Shown: piece by piece, positions 60,323 through 64,000 of the stretch
How positions within the stretch are numbered: the stretch's first letter is position 1
How the letters are laid out: every line of letters starts with the position of its first letter
Assembly: GCF_009914755.1 (NCBI RefSeq)
Contig: NC_060932.1
Length of the DNA stretch: 64,000 bases
Direction: 5' to 3' (one strand)
From: the human T2T-CHM13v2.0 reference genome, Homo sapiens
Position numbers and translations under genes: made by a program
The notes under the pieces: generated by a model
Database searches by the model: none
What the model was told of the DNA's origin: nothing
What the model saw: only the letters and a program-made list of their open reading frames with translations

Positions 60323-60537
60323 GTATACTTCTTTTAGGGCACTGAATTGTCTTCAATTCTTTCTTAGTATTCAGGTAGAGACTAAGAAATTAGTACATTT
60401 CTGAAAAATTTTTTACTGTATACTGAACACTATTTTCCAGTTGGCTTTAGAGGAAAATTTAATTTATTGAGTGTTTTTCAAATACTTACTTTATATTCAA
60501 TATTGTGCTTGGTGCTGTGAAGAAACAGTGGATGTAG

Positions 60538-60900
<363 letters not shown>

Positions 60901-61171
60901 TGAAATGGCCAAATGACTAAAAGGTAGCAAAATAATTAAATGACCAACAGAATGAGAAAGGTTGAGAGCCAGGATGGTGTAGGGCAGGGAGTACTGGACA
61001 GGGAGCCTGGAGATTTGAGTTGTAGTTTTAACTCTCCAAATGCAATAACAGTGTATTTGTATTGAATTATAAATCAAATAAAATGCTTTTACACATTATC
61101 TTATTTAATCCTCATAACAACACTGAGAAGTGGATATTATTATGATCCTCATTTAACATGACAACAATATT

Positions 61172-61480
61172 TCTTTTTTTTTTTTTTTTTGAGATGGAGT
61201 CTTGCTCTGTCGCCCAGTCTGGAGTGCAGTGGCGCTATCTTGGCTCACTGCAAGCTCCGCCTCCTGGGTTCAAGTAATTATCTTGCCTCAGCCTCCTGAG
61301 TAGCTGGGACTACAGGTGCCCGCCACCATGCCTGGCTAATTTTTTTTTGTTGTTGTATATTTAGTAGAGACGGGGTTTCACTGTGTTAGCCAGGATGGTC
61401 TCGATCTCCTGACCTTGTGATCCACCCATCTCGGCCTCCCAAAGTGCTGGGATTACAGGCGTGAGCCACCATGCCCAGCC
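61172..61480 (-). mobile_element. AluY/AluSc8
   Basis: GCAAGCTCC, TTAGCCAGGATGGTCTCGATC; TSD GACA(A/T)CAATATTTCT. Confidence 0.93.
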
Positions 61481-62053
61481 AAGGACATCAATATTTCTAA
61501 TGTTTTGTAGTTAATCTACCTTAAAATACCTACTTAAAAGATAGTCCTCAAACTGAGTTTTACCTCCAAACCTGGATCTTCCACCACAGGTGCTGTGTGA
61601 CCTGACACAAGTCACTAGACCTATCTGTATCTCAGGAATGTAATTTATGAAATGAAGGCTTTGGCCTACATCAGCATTTTCCGAAGTAACAGGGAATACT
61701 TACTAGTTGTGCAGGACATTAATCAGTGACAAATATATTGGCAAAATGTCAATTTAAAGTTTAATTTTTTAACTATTAATTTCTTAATCATAATTTTATG
61801 ATATATTTTATATTACATATTATATATTATATATTAAGTGTATTTATTATAAAATAAATGTATTTAGTAACTATGATAATTATTTCTTAATCATAATAAT
61901 TTCCTAAAAACTTTCCAGAAATTCTAGTATGCTAATGGACATTGTTAATAATTAAGAGACTGTAACACTTATAGGGAGTGTCTGATCTACTTTTTCCTAC
62001 CACTTTTTTTTTTTTTTTTTAGCAGGGAGACACAAACCATCTTAAAGGATTGA

Positions 62054-62382
<329 letters not shown>

Positions 62383-63561
62383 TGAATTAAGTTATTTTAA
62401 GGTCCTTGAATGTATCACATTTTATGAGTCTATGTGAATAAGTGGTGTTTGAAGTCAGGAAAAGTAATGTCAGTGGATGGGAGTAATAGGGGAGAGCTTT
62501 CTAGAAAGAGGGTGTAGCCAGGATGGAAGTCCAGGCTGTGAGAACCAATGTCAGCAAAGGTCAGGAATGTTTGTCTCTAGAAGAAGGTATTCATGGATGA
62601 GTCAGAGAGCAGAAAGAGAGAAGACTGGATCTTTGGGTTGGGAAAAAAAACATGAAAGACCTTGAATGCCAAGTATATTGGACTCTTGGTTAAGTGGTTA
62701 AGTGATTAAGTCTTCAGCTTCCTTTTTCCAAATGGGTTACAGAAAACCTTCTTGGAGACCAGACTTTAGCTTAAGGGGTATGCCTGATTGGCGTAGGGAT
62801 AATATCCACCCACTGCTGATAGCAAGTTCAGGAATGGGTCCATGACCCCAATGTAGGTAGATCTGTGAGTCTTCATAATATTTAAAGTCCTTCCCGTGGA
62901 CCCCATTGATGCCAATCTTGCTGTGGACTTACTTTGGCTAATGAAAATGAGCCCAGGGATGGGTCTGGCAATGTCCTAGATAAGAGTTTTCCTTCAATAT
63001 GGGCCCTAGAATTAGAAGATAGGAAACAGAACTGCAGCCAATTCACGTCAGACATGCGCAACAAGCAAGAGCCAAACCCTTATTGTAAGTGACAGCAACT
63101 TTAGCCCAATAAAGAATTGAAAGGAAAGGTCTACTAGATGATTTGGGGAAAGTTTTTTTTTTTTTATCTTTGAAAACACACACACCCGTCCACCCACCCA
63201 CCTACACACAGGGACTACATCTTTCACTGGAAGTTACTGGGGAAGCATGAAGCCCTTGATTTCACTGTTAGGCAACTTAAATCATGGGAAAGACCAGCCT
63301 TAGCATGAAGCCAATGCTGGAGAGATGGAAAGAAGTTAGATCTTTCACAGCCCTGAGCCATTGATCCTACTTCTGGATGGCTCTTATATGAATCCTGTAT
63401 TTCTTTTTTTAAACCAATGTGAGTTGGATTTTCTATTACTTGTTGTTGAAACCATCCCAATTAATTCACAAAATGAAACAGCTAGATGTAATTTTGGGGT
63501 TACAGGTCACTGAAGGGTTTTGATAAGGTAGTAATAAGATACAAGCAATGAATTAAAAAGC

Positions 63562-63911
63562 TGTTTTGGTCTGTTAGGGCTGCTATCACACAATATTATA
63601 AACCGGGTATGTCAAACAACAGAAATGTATTTCTCATAGTTCTGGAGGCTGAGAAGTCCAAGATCAAAGCAGCTGATTTGGTGTCTGATGAGGGCCCATT
63701 TTCTGGTTCATAGATGGTGCTGTCTAGCTGTGTCCTCACATGGTAGGAAGAGTGAGGAATCTCTTTTATAAGGGCATTAATCCCATTCACAAGGGCTCTG
63801 TCCCCATGACCTTATAAACTCCCAAAGGCCCCACCTCATAATACTATCACCTTGGTGGTAAGGATTTCAACATATGAATTTTGGGGAGATGCAAACATTC
63901 AGGCCATAGCA
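63562..63911 (-). mobile_element. MLT1A-type MaLR LTR
   Basis: GGGCTGCTATCACAC..CATAGTTCTGGAGGCTGAGAAGTCCAAGATCAA...CATTCAGGCCATAGCA. Confidence 0.85.
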
Positions 63912-64000
63912 AAAGGTACATCTGGCTTTTGTGAAGAAAGGTTCACAATGGATGGGAAGAGATAAGAAGAAAGCAGGAAGGCCAGTCCTAGAAAAATGGC

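Overview
Hominoid (most likely human) genomic DNA, largely transposon-derived, with no recognisable cellular protein-coding exon. 5.7-20.3 kb holds two tandem minus-strand LINE-1s. The first is an old full-length L1MA-type copy interrupted by Alus and a MER30. The second is a full-length L1PA3 with an intact 338-aa ORF1, a broken ORF2 and the ZNF93-escape 5'UTR deletion; it is nested in MER2 inside L2. The rest is about 29 Alu or Alu-monomer copies, solo LTRs (MLT2, MST, LTR48-like, MER39, MLT1, MER4-group), hAT/Tigger fossils, MIR/L2, a ~365-bp CT tract and a 35-bp x3 minisatellite. Repeat subfamily names come from remembered consensus sequences, not from a search. Unique sequence contains candidate regulatory elements: a PBX-HOX/MEIS cluster (4.2-4.9 kb), a GC-box/CCAAT promoter-like island (29.6-29.8 kb), SOX/POU clusters (30.3-31.35 kb), and a probable + strand promoter with a non-coding first exon ending in CAG|GTGAGT at 45019. 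That exon may be the upstream exon of a large neuronal gene such as NRXN3, but this is unverified. I found no evidence for a new multi-gene system. The most distinctive sequence-level signals are an Alu-to-Alu gene-conversion tract, a 27-bp locally templated inverted insertion, two sites of repeated target-site re-use, and a possible 17-nt micro-exon inside the first exon.
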